Below are positions 14,801 through 28,200 of a stretch of DNA of 64,000 nt, piece by piece. Source of the DNA: Octopus vulgaris (taxonomy: Eukaryota). How positions within the stretch are numbered: position 1 is the first letter of the stretch; each line of letters starts with the position of its first letter. The notes below the pieces were generated by a model. The model made no database searches, was not told the DNA's origin, and saw nothing but the letters and a program-made list of their open reading frames with translations. The stretch spans positions 30,070,001 through 30,134,000 of the forward strand of contig OX597814.1 of assembly GCA_951406725.2 (NCBI GenBank). The letters run 5' to 3'. The translations under genes were made by a program, and so were the position numbers.

Positions 14801-15460
14801 ATCTGATTCATACTCAGACGAACACAAACAGACACATAAATCGAAATACTAACAGATTCATACACACAAAAATATGAACACATTGGTATCACAATTTCAG
14901 GTAAATCTTCTTTGAATATCTTTGGACTGTTTATAAAGAAGATATTTATGGCTGTAGAAAATCTTTAAAACAAAATTAAAAAAAATTTACCTCTAAATAA
15001 TGTCTTTGTTCTTTTTATTCTTTTTGATTTTGTTTAATATTGAAAAAAAAAAGAAACAAAGTAAAATAAAATATATATTTGGATTTTAGTATTTTCTTTC
15101 AAAATATGAAAAATTGTTTCACCCCAACCAAAAAAAGAAAAAAAAAACCCACTAGATGGATTAGTCATGGCTAGAATGCCTTTAATCATGTCTAATTACT
15201 TGAGTGGTTGAGCAGCAATATGAAGTGTGAGATTAAGTTCCAATAAGAATAGCTCATAACTAAAAGTGTTCTTTATAAAAGTAACATTTATTTTTGTTAT
15301 ATTCTTTATATTTTGTTTCTTTTTATATAATTCACTATGATATGTGTTTGTAATACACACACATATACTAGCAGTTACTTGGTGAGAGTTGTTTTTCTAT
15401 GCCTTGTTGATATACTACTGCATTTATATGTATCTGCCTATTTATGTATGTGCGTGTTTG

Positions 15461-15690
15461 AAAGTGGCAAGCTGGCAGAATCGTTAGCACGCTGGACGAA
15501 ATGCTTAGCGGTATTTCGTCTGGCGCTATGTTCTGAGTTCAAATTCCGTCGAGGTCGACTTTGCCTTTCCTCATTTCGGGGTTGATTAAATAAGTACCAG
15601 TTACACACTGGGGTTGATGTAATCGACTTAATCCCTTTGTCTGTCTTGTTTGTCCCCTCTATGTTTAGCCCCTTGTGGGCAATAAAGAAT
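15461..15690 (+). mobile_element. SINE family A, full length with 18-bp TSD
   Basis: TSD tatgtatgtgcgtgtttg at 15443-15460 and 15693-15710. Confidence 0.92.
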
Positions 15691-15962
15691 TATATGTATG
15701 TGCGTGTTTGCATGTATGTATATCTTGTGTTATTGTATCTGTCCATAATCTTCTCTCTCACTTGTGTGTTGTTGCCTTCTACATTCTTAGTCCTTGTCTT
15801 TATACAATTACTATCACAGGCACAATCAGAGGAGTTGTATTGAGAAATTTGAATTTACTGAAATTACAGAGATTTTGGTCTCCATGGCTGATGAAAGATC
15901 TATGTTTATTTATCCATTTCTGTTGTTTCCATATTCCACTTCAATTTTTGCTATATATATAT

Positions 15963-16762
15963 ATCATCATCATCATCGTTTAACGTCCGTTTTCTGTGCT
16001 AGCACGGGTTGGACGGTTCGACCGGGGTCTGGGAAGCCAGGAGGCTGCACCAGGCTCCAGTCTGATCTGGCAGTGTTTCTACAGCTGGATGCCCTTCCTA
16101 ACACCAACCACTCCGTGAGTGTAGTGGGTGCTTTTTACGTGCCACCGGCACAAATGCCAGGGGAATCTGGCAGTGGCCACGATCGGTTGGTGCTTTTTAC
16201 GTGAGCGCTGGCATCGGCCACATTCGGATGGAACTTTTAACGTGCTACCGGTACAGAAACCAGTCAAGGCGGCGCTGGCATCAGCCACGTTCGGATGGTG
16301 CTTTTTACGTGCCACCGGCACAGATATCACAACTACTATTTCCATTAATATAGATTTCGACGTTCATGTACTTGACTCAATCAGTCTCCTGAAGCACAGC
16401 GGGTTGTTCTGAAATCCAAGGTACTTTGAATGGGCTGGGGCTATGCGGAACTAGTGCAGGAAGCAGCCCGGGTCTTTGCAGTCACAGCAATTCTCCAGAG
16501 ATCTCAGTCCTTCGTCATTGCCTCTGTGCGGCCCAACGCTCTGAGGTCATGCTTGACTACCTCATCCCATGTCTTCCTGGGTCTACCTCTTCCCCTGATA
16601 CTTTCAACTGTTTGGGAGCGGCACTTCTTCACACATCTCTCCTCATCCATCTGCAGTACATGACCATACCATCGCAAGCGTCGCTCTTGCACACCACATC
16701 TGATGCTTCTTATGTCCAGCATTTCTCTCAGGGTGCTTACACTCTGTCGTGCGTGCACACTG
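15963..16762 (-). mobile_element. 3' end of an RTE-clade LINE (ORF C-terminus, 3' UTR, (GAT)n tail)
   Basis: ORF 16504-16800 contains RRLRWYGHVLQM...RGRGRPRKTWDEVVKHDL, typical of the RTE C-terminus. The UTR and tail recur in many short copies. Confidence 0.88.
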
Positions 16763-17042
16763 ACATATATATATATATATATATACATATATATGTGCAT
16801 GCTAATACAAGACCCACATTAAACTCCTCACTTGTATCCCTATCAAACCAAGAGTTTAACTACGATCTGTCCATAGCTCTTCCTTAGCGTTACCTGCCAC
16901 TCTTTGTGTCTTCTAGATACCAATACCTCTTGTCTATATATTATACACAAAATGCAAAGCCAAACAATTACAAAACAATGCAGAAACAACAAAGTCTTGT
17001 GAATATGATATTAGTTTAATACACAAAATGAATATAGAATGT

Positions 17043-17080
17043 CTGGATGTTTCAGACATTAGTCCATCTTCAGAAAAAAA
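17043..17080 (-). ncRNA. Degenerate minimal hammerhead-like motif
   Basis: CTGAAGA-t-ggac taat gtct-GAAA-catc; helix I is weak. Confidence 0.4.
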
Positions 17081-18893
17081 GAAGAGATGATGAGAAAATA
17101 TAGGGAAAGAGAAAGAGGGAGTTGAGAAAGAGTAAGTATGTTGAAAAAATACAAAGTTGATATATTCACTGTACAATTTCGAATGTAGTAAATTACCACA
17201 ATATAACAGTTGATGATGAACGAATATTCATATTAAGCAAAACAAAATAAAGATTAGGATATATCATACAATCAGAGCTTATTTGGTGGTATTGTGATTT
17301 AAAAAGTTTATTGATTTTTTTTTTTTGAAGTGATCAATTTTTATTAGAAAAGAAGGCTGGGCCAGTACTACATTTTAGGTAAACTAATGACTGTCTAAGG
17401 TGTTAACATCTGAGTTCAATTTCTGCTTAGGTCAGCTTTGCCTTTTATCCTTTTGAGGTCAATAAAATAAGTAACAGTTGACCACTGGGGTTGATGTGAT
17501 TGATTTACCCACTTGACAAAAACTGTTGGCCTTGTGCCAAAATTTGAAATCATTTTTTAAGTCTATGAAAATATATCAGTAAAATTCTTGTATGGCAGTA
17601 TAATTCCATTATTTTACAAGATGCACATTTGTTGTAGAGTTCTTAGTTCGACATTTGCTGAGCTATATTCTAACTGGACAAAGAAAACTGAACAAAAGAT
17701 TTCCATGTCATAAGGTATATTTTTCTAATAATTCATCCAAACAATTGTATTTTCAGTGTCTACTTTGTAATTAACTAGAATCATACAGGATTCAACCTCA
17801 TAGAAGTGAAAGAAATACAGCAAGGAAAAAAAGCTATGCAGTATTTGTTGTGACTATTCATTTTGATTGTAAATCAATCCAAGATCAACTTTGCATTTTA
17901 TCCCTCCAGGGTCAAGAAAAAAAAACAAAAAAAAACAAAGTATAATCAATCAAATACTAATTTCTTGAACTTTTGAACGAAAGTATATACAGGTTGTTTT
18001 GTTTTTTTTCTTTTGATCTTCTGACTGAGGAAAAAGAATTGCTATTCACTTCACTTCAACTTAGGTAAATGGACACATATTTTTGGTATGATATCAGTCA
18101 ATATCAGACACATTTTTCGTATGATATCAGAAGGATGAAAAACTATGTTGACTTTGGTGGGATTTGAATGCAGAATGTAAAAGGATGCAGTTGAAGGTTG
18201 TTATTCTGAATTAGTGAAATTGTTAAAGCATTAGACAGAATGCTTTGCAGTATTTGTTTTAGCTCTTTGCAATACGAGTTCACAGCCTGCCAAGGTTAAC
18301 TTTGTCTTACACACTTCTGAGGTCAATGAAATCAAGTTCTTCTCAATCAGTGTTCTTCTCAATATTCTTATGCAACTCCCAGCATTCCTCTAATAACTGA
18401 GATAATTTCTACTTAGTCAATCCAAAGTTTTCTCTGGTCAGTTCTATATACTTTTCAATATTTCTATTTTTTTCACTGTTTCTTCTGTCATATGACAAGA
18501 CAACATCCATAATTTTACATACCTTGCTATTGTTCCCTCTGTTATTTTCATACCTACTCTCCATGTCTTGATTACATGGCTAGCTTGCACCAAAAAAAAA
18601 AAGCCTCTTAGGATCCTGGTAATTCTCTTTAGTAACTTCACCTTGAATTCAAAGGGGTCAATATAATCAACTAGCTCTTCCATCACAAATTCATGGCCTT
18701 GTATCCTGTGCCACCTTAAGGCAAGGGCACACTGGGTTGTTGTCTGATAGGGGACCCATGCACCTAGGTGCCCAATGTAAATCCATATATGTTGTATGTA
18801 TATATATGTAGGGACCTCATTGCAGTGGTTTACTCAATGGACTATTCTACTTTGCTTGTGGCTGTATAAGAAATTAAGGTGTTCTATGCAGTT

Positions 18894-18899
18894 TTTATT
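18894..18899 (-). promoter_or_regulatory. Candidate polyadenylation signal (AATAAA) for the NRF-6-like gene
   Basis: tttatt on +, about 230 nt downstream of the stop codon. AT-rich context makes a chance match possible. Confidence 0.45.
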
Positions 18900-19128
18900 T
18901 TGTTTGTTTTTGTTGTGTATTTCAAATTATATTCCTCTTTTTATAAAATTTAATACAAAATTTTTACATGTGAATAATGGAAATTTTGAAATGTAAAATT
19001 CATGTTGGAGAATTAATTTTGGTTAGTGAATAATTAGGAATGGTCTGAGAGTTTTTTGTTCCATAATTTTGCAATTTTTTTTTTTGTTCTACTTCCGTTT
19101 GTTAGTTATTATTTTTTTTCTTCAATCT

Positions 19129-19254
19129 CTATTTTTTCTTCCTTTTCAACTCCAATATGAGACGTTCTAAACCAATCATTGGAGCCTCAAAAGCCATTGA
19201 AACAATAAATGCTATCATGAATGCCATAATCATAAATCCAAAGAACAAGAATGT
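19129..19254 (-). CDS. NRF-6-like terminal exon l
   Basis: tttcag|ACA...[44 protein letters not shown]. Confidence 0.93.
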   Translation of the reverse strand, partial: TFLFFGFMIMAFMIAFIVSMAFEAPMIGLERLILELKRKKK

Positions 19255-19317
19255 CTGAAAAAAAAAAGAAAAATACAAACAAAAATAAGTATATACATAT
19301 TTTGAAAGAGAGATATT

Positions 19318-19365
<48 letters not shown>

Positions 19366-22300
19366 TATTTGAATGGAGGCAATACCAGTGGAAAACTAGA
19401 GGTACATGACCTATTATCCAATAGAATATTCAATATATATGTGTACTTTCGACATTAATAAATCAATATAAAGTTCAAGATAATATTAGTATTAAAAACA
19501 TACAAGTATATAAATATTTAATATTTAAAAACATAACCATTTTAAAATATTTAAAAATACGTAGGCATTTAAAAATGTATAAACACATAAATAGATATAA
19601 AAAACGTCGATATTATATAAGATAAAAACTTAAGGTATTTAAAAATATTTTAAAATACTCATAATATATAAAAATATGCAGGCAAAATATAAAACATCAA
19701 TATAATATAAGACTTATTGAATTATTAATTCACACGATAAGATACAAGGGAATAAAATTCACAAGTTACAACACTGAGTCCAGTGGAAAGTTTGAAATTA
19801 GAAAACATTAAAAGTATGTCCTTTTAATGTTTTAGAAAGAATAAGTCCTGGGGTCAATTTATTCAACTAAAGGTGGTGCTCCAGCATGGCCACAGTCAAA
19901 TGACTGAAACAAGTAAAAGAGTATAGTACCCAATGTGTCTTTTATTTTTTTTTTAGATTATAGCATGTTATTTGGAAGAAATTTAACTGCTATTTTTTGC
20001 AAGTTAAGTGACTGTCTAGAGCAGCAGTTCTCTACAATGGCTCCCAGGGCCACATACAGCCCTCAAGCATCTTTCCAGTGGCCCCTGACAGTCTTCCTTT
20101 TATAAATATAATAATTTTTTCTTTAATTGACTTGTTTTATTTATTTTTTTGTGCAGCCCCTAAAACAAAATCCAGGTTTTGAATCTGGCCCTGATATTAA
20201 AAAGATTGAGAACCGTTGGTTTTGAGGCTCCCTCATTCACTCATGATATTTAGTTACACATTCTTATGTTCTGAATCTAAATTCCACTAAGGTCAGCTTT
20301 GCTTTTACGCCTCCTAGAGTCAATAAAATAACTAGTAGTCAAGAACTAGAGTTGATCTGATTGACTAATATATATATTCAAAATGTCTTTTCTGAAACAG
20401 CTTGCAGCTGACTTGGTAGAAGCCCACAAGATTATCCATCATCTTTCCAACAATAACATTCACCATCTCTTTAAATTCAGTACCTCTACCACTCATGGTC
20501 ATGCTAATCAAAAAAAAAAAAAAAAAAAAAAAAAAAACCCAGCACAGCCGTGACTTCTAGAAAATTTTTCATGCTCAGAATTGTTGAAGCAAGTCATCTT
20601 TCAAAATTTCAATGCTTCCAGAAATTCACCAGCACTACTCCCAATATGCCTGTTCAACCTTATTTTTTAGGACACTTAATGTTCACTTTTTTCTATTTTT
20701 GTGTTTAATTCCATGTACTTCTAGCTTTCATTACTGCCTTTCTTTACTTGATTGGTATATCTACTCTCAGTCCCCTCTTTTAACCTTTTCTGATGAGTTG
20801 TAGTGCCCCTGAGCATTGTGTCCAATAAGATTGTAATATGTATGAGTGAAGGGACATCTGCTATTTTTAGCCATTTGAGCTACTGCACAGAATCTCTGAA
20901 ATTGGCTCACCTTTACTATTGTTGGTATTGCTTCGGCTCAGATCAACTCTAAATGAGCAAACCTGTGATCAAAATCATTCTAGTTGTGATAATCCATCTT
21001 ATTTAGTTAGAATTAAAAGTAATGAGCTGGTAGAACAGTTAGCAGGCCAGACAAAATGCTTAATGGTATTTCATCTGCCTTTTGGTTCTGAGCTCAAATT
21101 CTGACAAGGTCAACTTCACCTTTCATTCTTTTGGGGTCCTTAAAGAAGTACCAGTCAACTGACTTCCCCACTCTCCTCAAAAACTGCTGGTCCTGTGCCC
21201 AAATTTAAAACCACTTAGTTAGGATTACATTATCCAATGAGTTCTTAACTTTTTCTAAATGGTAGTGAGTAGTTTGAGGGAAATTTGGCTGTTGCTTCTA
21301 GTTTGGTGAATGATCCTGCAGAATCTTCCTAGCTATTATTGTTATTTGAGAAGATGAACATATTTATGTACTCACAGCTAAAACATATGTCAGGTGGAGA
21401 GAATAGCGTTGGTTGAGATAAAAGTAATACATCATAATTGGATGCACCAGATAAGCACAATATGTCAAACGGCTGAGGGGGATGAGTGCTTTCCATGACA
21501 AGATAGTGTTCACATAACCTGAAATGAAATAAGAAAAAAAATCAATAATTCCATTGAAATTATTTATAGAAAATATTTTTTTGTCCAAAATAAAAAAAAA
21601 GAAAGAAGGAAAAAATAATAAAATTGGCAATCAACAATAGGAATACCAATAACAAGAATGATGATAATATTGGGTTGTCCAGAAAGTTTGTGCCAATTTA
21701 TAGTAGCTTACCTTTCGACTTATTTTAGAACATGGTTGAGTCCATAAAATAGGATTTGACTACACCTCCATTTAGAGCACAGTTTAAGCTATCTTTTTGT
21801 GGAAGAAGGTTTATGTTCCTATAACCTGTATTAATTCTGTAATCCTTTAAAATGGAAGAGAAGAAAGTTCATTTTCGGCACTTGATGCTTTGGGAACCAG
21901 ACAAAGATTGCTGCAGCTTGGCTGGGATGTGTTACCCAACTCTCCATATTCATCAGTTATTGCTCCTTCGGATTTCCACTTATTCAGGTCTCTGCAGAAT
22001 AGCCTAAATGGTAAAAATTTCAATTCCTTGGATGATGTAAAAAGATACCTTGATGAATTCTTTGCCATGAAACCACCTCAATTCTGGGAAGAGGGTATTT
22101 TCAAGTTAAAGGAAAGATGGAGACGCATTGTGCAACAAAATGGTTCATATTTGGTTGATTAAAAATGTAATGGCAAGTATTTATTGACCTTTTTCTTTCC
22201 TTTAAAAATCAGCATGAACTTTCCGGACAACCCAATATTATAAATAAGTCATATGTTTACTATCAGGTATGCAAGAATCCTAGACTGAGTGTCTGCAGCA

Positions 22301-25225
22301 TTTTGTTTCATTCCTCACTTTATTCTGTGTTCAAATTCTATCAGGACTGACCAAAACTGTGCTCAAAACCAGTGGTTCTTAACTGGGGTCTGTATGACTC
22401 TTGGGGATCCATATAAGATTTTATTGGTGAGATTTATGTGCAATAAACTGGTTATTCTTCTACAATACAAAATATTTAAATTTTTCTAAATAATTCATAA
22501 GAATGTTTAATTATAAATTTTTTTTTTAGCATTAGATAGCTATGAGGGTCCATCCAAATATAATAGGAATCAAAGGGTTCCATAGGTCAGCAAAATAGTT
22601 GTGAAACACTGCTCTAACTGAAATAGACAATCATCTGAGTGCTATAATCTCTGAGCTGTTCACTATCTCTGAACAACTGAGACAAAAATTTCTAATCCAG
22701 TTAAAAGTATGGAAACTTAACAAAAAGAACAGGTGAGTTGACTCTCAGGAACAAAGTGGGGGAAGATATGGGGGTGATGAGAGGGATGTCGATGTGTTAT
22801 GACATTTTACAATGTGAAGCATTTTCAAATTCCCAAAATTAATAGATTTATTAGATGATTTATCAAGTTGAGTAAAAAGTAAGCAACGTTTTGAACCATG
22901 AAGAATTTGTACCAGATTTTTTGCAGTGTTTTGAATATTTTTTAAACATTTAAAAAAAAATTGTCTGATAATACAGACATAGACTTGCCCAAATTAACAC
23001 TGGTTTCTTTTTTCACTGTTGTTACAATCATCTGAAATGGAACTGTCAAAGTGTGATATTTGAGCTATTTTGCTATTCAACTTCGAAAAAGGACGTAAAA
23101 CAGTTGAAACTGCTCGCGATATCACCGAAACGTTTGGTGAGGAAATGACCAGTGAGTGGTCAACTTGAAAATGGTTTAAATGATTTTGCAGTGGAGACCT
23201 GAGCCTTGAAGATTGTGAGCATAGACGATGCCCATCTGTCATTGATGACAGCCAATTAAAGATCGTCATTGAGCAAAATCCATGTAAACCACTCATGAAC
23301 TGGCAAAAGAACTAGCCAGAAAACTGCCTGCAACCGTTTTCATGCAATCAGAAAATCAAAAAAGCTCAACAAATGGGTATCACACGATTTGAATGAAAAT
23401 CAGAAAATGCGCAGATATGAAATTTGCTCCTTGTTTCTTCTCTGTAACCAGACTGATCCATTTCTCAACTGTATTGTAACTTGCAATGAAAAATGGATTT
23501 TGTACAAAAATAGAAAAATGTTTTTTTGCAGTAGTTAGGCTAAAATGTTCTTTGAAAAACCTGAGTCACCTTTATCCATCACTAGGTCAAGTTCTAGGTG
23601 TGGGGCAGTAGCTTTTATGCCTCAGTGTCCCTGAAAGTTATGCCAGCAGTGCAAAACCTCTTGGTAGGGACACCCAAGCTGGATAGATCAAAGAATAAAG
23701 TCCAGATTAATGGAAGCACTCCGTCGGTTACGACGACGAGGGTTCCGGTTGATCCGATCAACGGAACAGCCTGCTCGTGAAATTAACGTGTAAGTGGCTG
23801 AGCACTCCACAGACACGTGTACCCTTAACGTAGTTCTCGGGGATATTCAGCGTGACACAGAGAGTGACAAGGCCGGCCCTTTGAAATACAGGTACAACAG
23901 AAACAGGAAGTAAGAGTGAGAGAAAGTTGTGGTGAAAGAGTACAGCAAGGATCACCACCATCCCTGCCGGAGCCTCATGGAGCTTTATGTGTTTTCGCTC
24001 AATAAACACTCACAACGCCAGGTCTGGGAATCGAAACTGCGATCCTACGACCGTGAGTCCGCTGCTCTAACCACTGGGCCATTGCGCCTCCACTCCAGAT
24101 TAATATGGATCACCTCTTTCCATAGGGCAAAAATAGGATTGCATAGGTAAGAGAGAAATGGTATTTATGAAGCTGATTTGTTCTTATATGTTTTGGAAAG
24201 GAAAACATCTTTGCTGCCAAGTTCTTGAATACTCTGATGGCTTATGAGAATCACCTACTGAATTGTTAATTGATTCATTCACAGGTCACGTATTGCCTAG
24301 GAAAAACGAAAGTTACAGAAGCATTGATAGCAATTCAAAACCAACAACCTGGGAAAGGAAGGCCTTCCCTCAAGTTGAGAAAAATGAAGAATTGTCATTG
24401 ATGGCCTATACTCCTAAGGGAGTGAAGTGTTTAAGTAGTAGTAATAGTAGCTGTTGGTAATCACCATTATAAATTAGTAGGAAACACACACACTCCTTAG
24501 GGAGTGAAGTGTTTAAGTAGTAGTAATAGTAGCTGTTGGTAATCGCCATTATAAATTAGTAGGAAACACACGCACACATACACATGCACATCTATATACG
24601 CACACAGGAAAATGTGTGATTAAATTGTTTCAGCTGTGGGATCAGAGCCAACATTAAATATTGATGATAACAATATGGGAAAGCATGAAAAAACAAACAA
24701 GACCACATAAAATGAATGACAAAATATTAAACAATTCTTTCTATTATAGGGACATGACTTGAATTTTTGGGAAGTCAATTTGACCAGTTGGTTATATCAA
24801 CACCAGTTCCTAACTGGTACATGTTTTATTGACCTTGAGAGAATGAAGAGGGAAAGTTGACCTCAACAGAATTTGAACTCAGTATGTAAAACTGGAAGAA
24901 ATGCCATTAAACATTTTGCCTAATGTGCTAACGATTCTACCAGCTCATTGCCCTTGCAATAAATTAAATCTATAGCTGCTGGTATGGCTGTGTGAATAAG
25001 AAGCTTGCTTTGCAATCATGCGATTTCAGGTTCAGTCCCACTGCACACCACTTCAGACAAGAGTCTCCAGCTATAACCCTGAGCTGACCAATGTCTTGTG
25101 AGTGAATTTAGCTGATGGAAATTGTGTGGAGGCCTGTATATACATGCATGTAAGTATGTGTGTGTGTGTGTGTGTGTATGTTTGTATGTATGTATGGTGT
25201 TGAGTCACTATCAGAACTATCAGAG

Positions 25226-25272
<47 letters not shown>

Positions 25273-28200
25273 CAAAACTGATCTCCCTCGTACTGATGCC
25301 ATGAAAAAAGCACTCAATCCACTCTGCAGGATGGTTGGTGTTAGGAAGGGCACCCAACTGTAGAAACTACAGCAAAACAGACACAGAAGACTGGTGCAGT
25401 CTTCTGCTTGGCCAACTCCTGTCAAACTGTCCAACCCATTCCAGCAAGGAAGGTGGATGTTAAACGATGATGATGATGATGATATATGTCTTTTTGTTTG
25501 TGTTTGTCCCTTCCTTCACCACTGCTTGACAACCAGTATGGTTTGTTTATAGCCTTGCAACTTAGCAAAAGAGACTGACAGTATAACTACCAGACTTGAA
25601 AAAAAAAAAAAATAAGCACTTGGTGTTGATTCGTGTGACAAAATCCTTTCAACATGGAGCCCCAGCATGGCAACAGTCCAAATGACCGAAATAAGTAGAA
25701 GATAAAAGATAACGATAACAATTATTATTTTTTTTATCATGGGACAAATTAGATCTTAATCACTAGGGGTTCCCAAAACATAACGAGCAGAATTTCAAAA
25801 GTAATTATAGAATATTTTGCAGCTATGAAAACACAATCAATCACATTGGGTCTGCTGTCCAGTCTTAATGGAAATGGAATATGGAGATTTCTAACATAGG
25901 CACCAAGCCACCAATTTGAAGAAGAGCAAAGTTTTGATAACGAGACTGATACACACTGACCACTGTGTTAGTAATGATGTTGTTTTAAATGGAGTGCATA
26001 GGTTACAGGTTCAGCCCCACTTTGGCATTGTGGTACCTTGGGCAAGTGCCTTCTTCTATAGCCTCAGGTCAACCAGAAGCCTTGTGAATAAATTTTATTG
26101 ATGGAAACTGAAAGAAGTCTATCCTGTCTGTGTATGTATGTATATGTATATATATGAGTGTGTGTATGCATCTATACACACACACACACACATACATACA
26201 TATATATAGCATTAGTAAGGGCATCCAGCCATAGGAACTATGCCAAAACAGACAGGGATGCTGAACAGCCCTTCAACTGGTCAGCTCCTGTCAAACCGTC
26301 CAACCCATGTCAGCATGGAAAACAGATGTTAAATGATGATGATAATGATGATTGATACACACACACGTATGTATGTATGTATGTATGTATGTATGTATGT
26401 ATGTATGTATGTATGTATATGCATGTATATATGTCATTATTCAGCTTATTGCAAGATTTCTTTCCAATAGAAAAAGAACCAGTTTCTAACCAAGATCCAA
26501 GGTTCCTTCATTGGAATTTCAACACCAACAACAGGGTATTTTTGTGTGTATGTATGTATATATGTATGTATGTATGTATGTGCAGATTTGTGTTTTATGT
26601 ATATATTCTCATACATATAGTTACATATCTAGACATGCTCTTATATCTTTAAATGATAAACTTCTGGAAAATTTTACAGATCTTTACAGTTCCATTGATG
26701 GATTGGATTTCTAGTCTTTGAATTAGCTTTCTCCTTTCTGGTTTTGAGAAGCCTAATTTCTCGAGATTGGTATTTAGGCAGTGTGTTAAAATCTCAGGGC
26801 CCCAATAATTACAGGTATAAACCTGAACTTGTAATCTAGATACAGTATGTATGTATGTAAGTATGTATGTATGCATGCATGCATGCATCTCTTTGCCTTG
26901 ACATTTGCATAGTAGTTGTGAATGAGTCTCAGTGTTACACAAGTGAAGTCATTCATTTGTAATCTTCCATGTAAACATTCATGGCCCTGAGGAAATATTA
27001 CCTTGCTTGGAAACAGATGTGGATTGGAAACAGGAAAGGCATCAAGCTGTAGAAAATCAGCCTTAACGATTTCCACTTGACCCATGCAAGTTTGGAAAAG
27101 TTGATGTCAAAATGATGATGACGATGATGATGATGATGATGAATACAATAAAGATGATTATAATAATGACGAAAATGATGATGATGATGATGGCAACAAC
27201 ATTGATGACGATGATATTGATAATGATAATAATGATGAAGACAATGATGATGAGGATGACATAAACAGTTATGACTAGATGCTATGTCAGCTTTATGGCA
27301 TATCGACAGAAAAAGAAAATATAAAAAAAAAAGATGATAGAAATACAGAGAGCAAAACATCTCTGGGAATTATGAAGTGACTATTCTTTGGGACATGTTA
27401 ATACCTCTGGGTAAATTTCCCATTCATTATTGTCAAATTCCATTAGGAATAATCATGTCTCCTAATTGACATATCAATTCTAATGGATAACCTTTTATGT
27501 CTGAATAAAGTGGAGAAATTGTCCAAATATAGAAACTTGGAAACAGAGGCATTGAAAATGTTGAAGAGTGAAATCTGAAACAATCTCCATAATAAAATAA
27601 TGCCTTGGGAATGATTAAAAATAAAAAAAAGATGCAGTCAAATAGATAACCACAACATTATAATTTGTATGAGTATGCAACAAATAGAAAATAACATTCC
27701 ACACTTATTAAGCTGAGTATTCTGAAGACAATGAAAAAAAAAATACACATAAAAAGCAATATGCTGCACATATGGCAAGCACAGGCACAAGCAGAGCTAT
27801 GTGGGTAGGAAGTTTACTTTACAATACATAGTTTGTGGTTCAGTCCCACTGCACTGCACCTTGGGGAAGTGTCTTCTGCTACTGCCCCAGGCTGACCAAA
27901 TACTTGTGAAAAGATTTGATTGATAGAAAAGCTTGTTGCATGCTTACATGTATACATACAAACTCTCTCTCTCTCACACATACACAGAGTTACATATGTG
28001 TGCATGTATCTGAGTATGTTTACATTTGCAGTTCTTCAAATGTTGATAAGCTACAAGTGGTGATGTTGTTGTCATTTCCCCTGTTGACAAATTGCTTGTT
28101 GTCTTTGTACTTTCAAAGACAAGTGGTATAAGAAATCATTTACTAGAAAAAACAGGTATAGGTTAACAACAAGAAGAGTTTACATCTGTAAAACAATGCT

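Noticed and set aside
20788-20905. CTGATGA...GAAA hammerhead-like candidates here and near 2869, 26474, 30210, 36284, 41480 and 58860
   Set aside because: Core or helix geometry is too defective (missing GAAA, non-adjacent helix II, or altered CUGA) to call from this sequence alone.
24020-24093. tRNA gene-like sequences (also about 7895-7967 and 55640-55710)
   Set aside because: They are SINE heads that run into SINE bodies, with TSDs in some copies; no complete cloverleaf.
26998-27360. Poly-His ORF
   Set aside because: Reverse reading of a (GAT)n retroposon tail.
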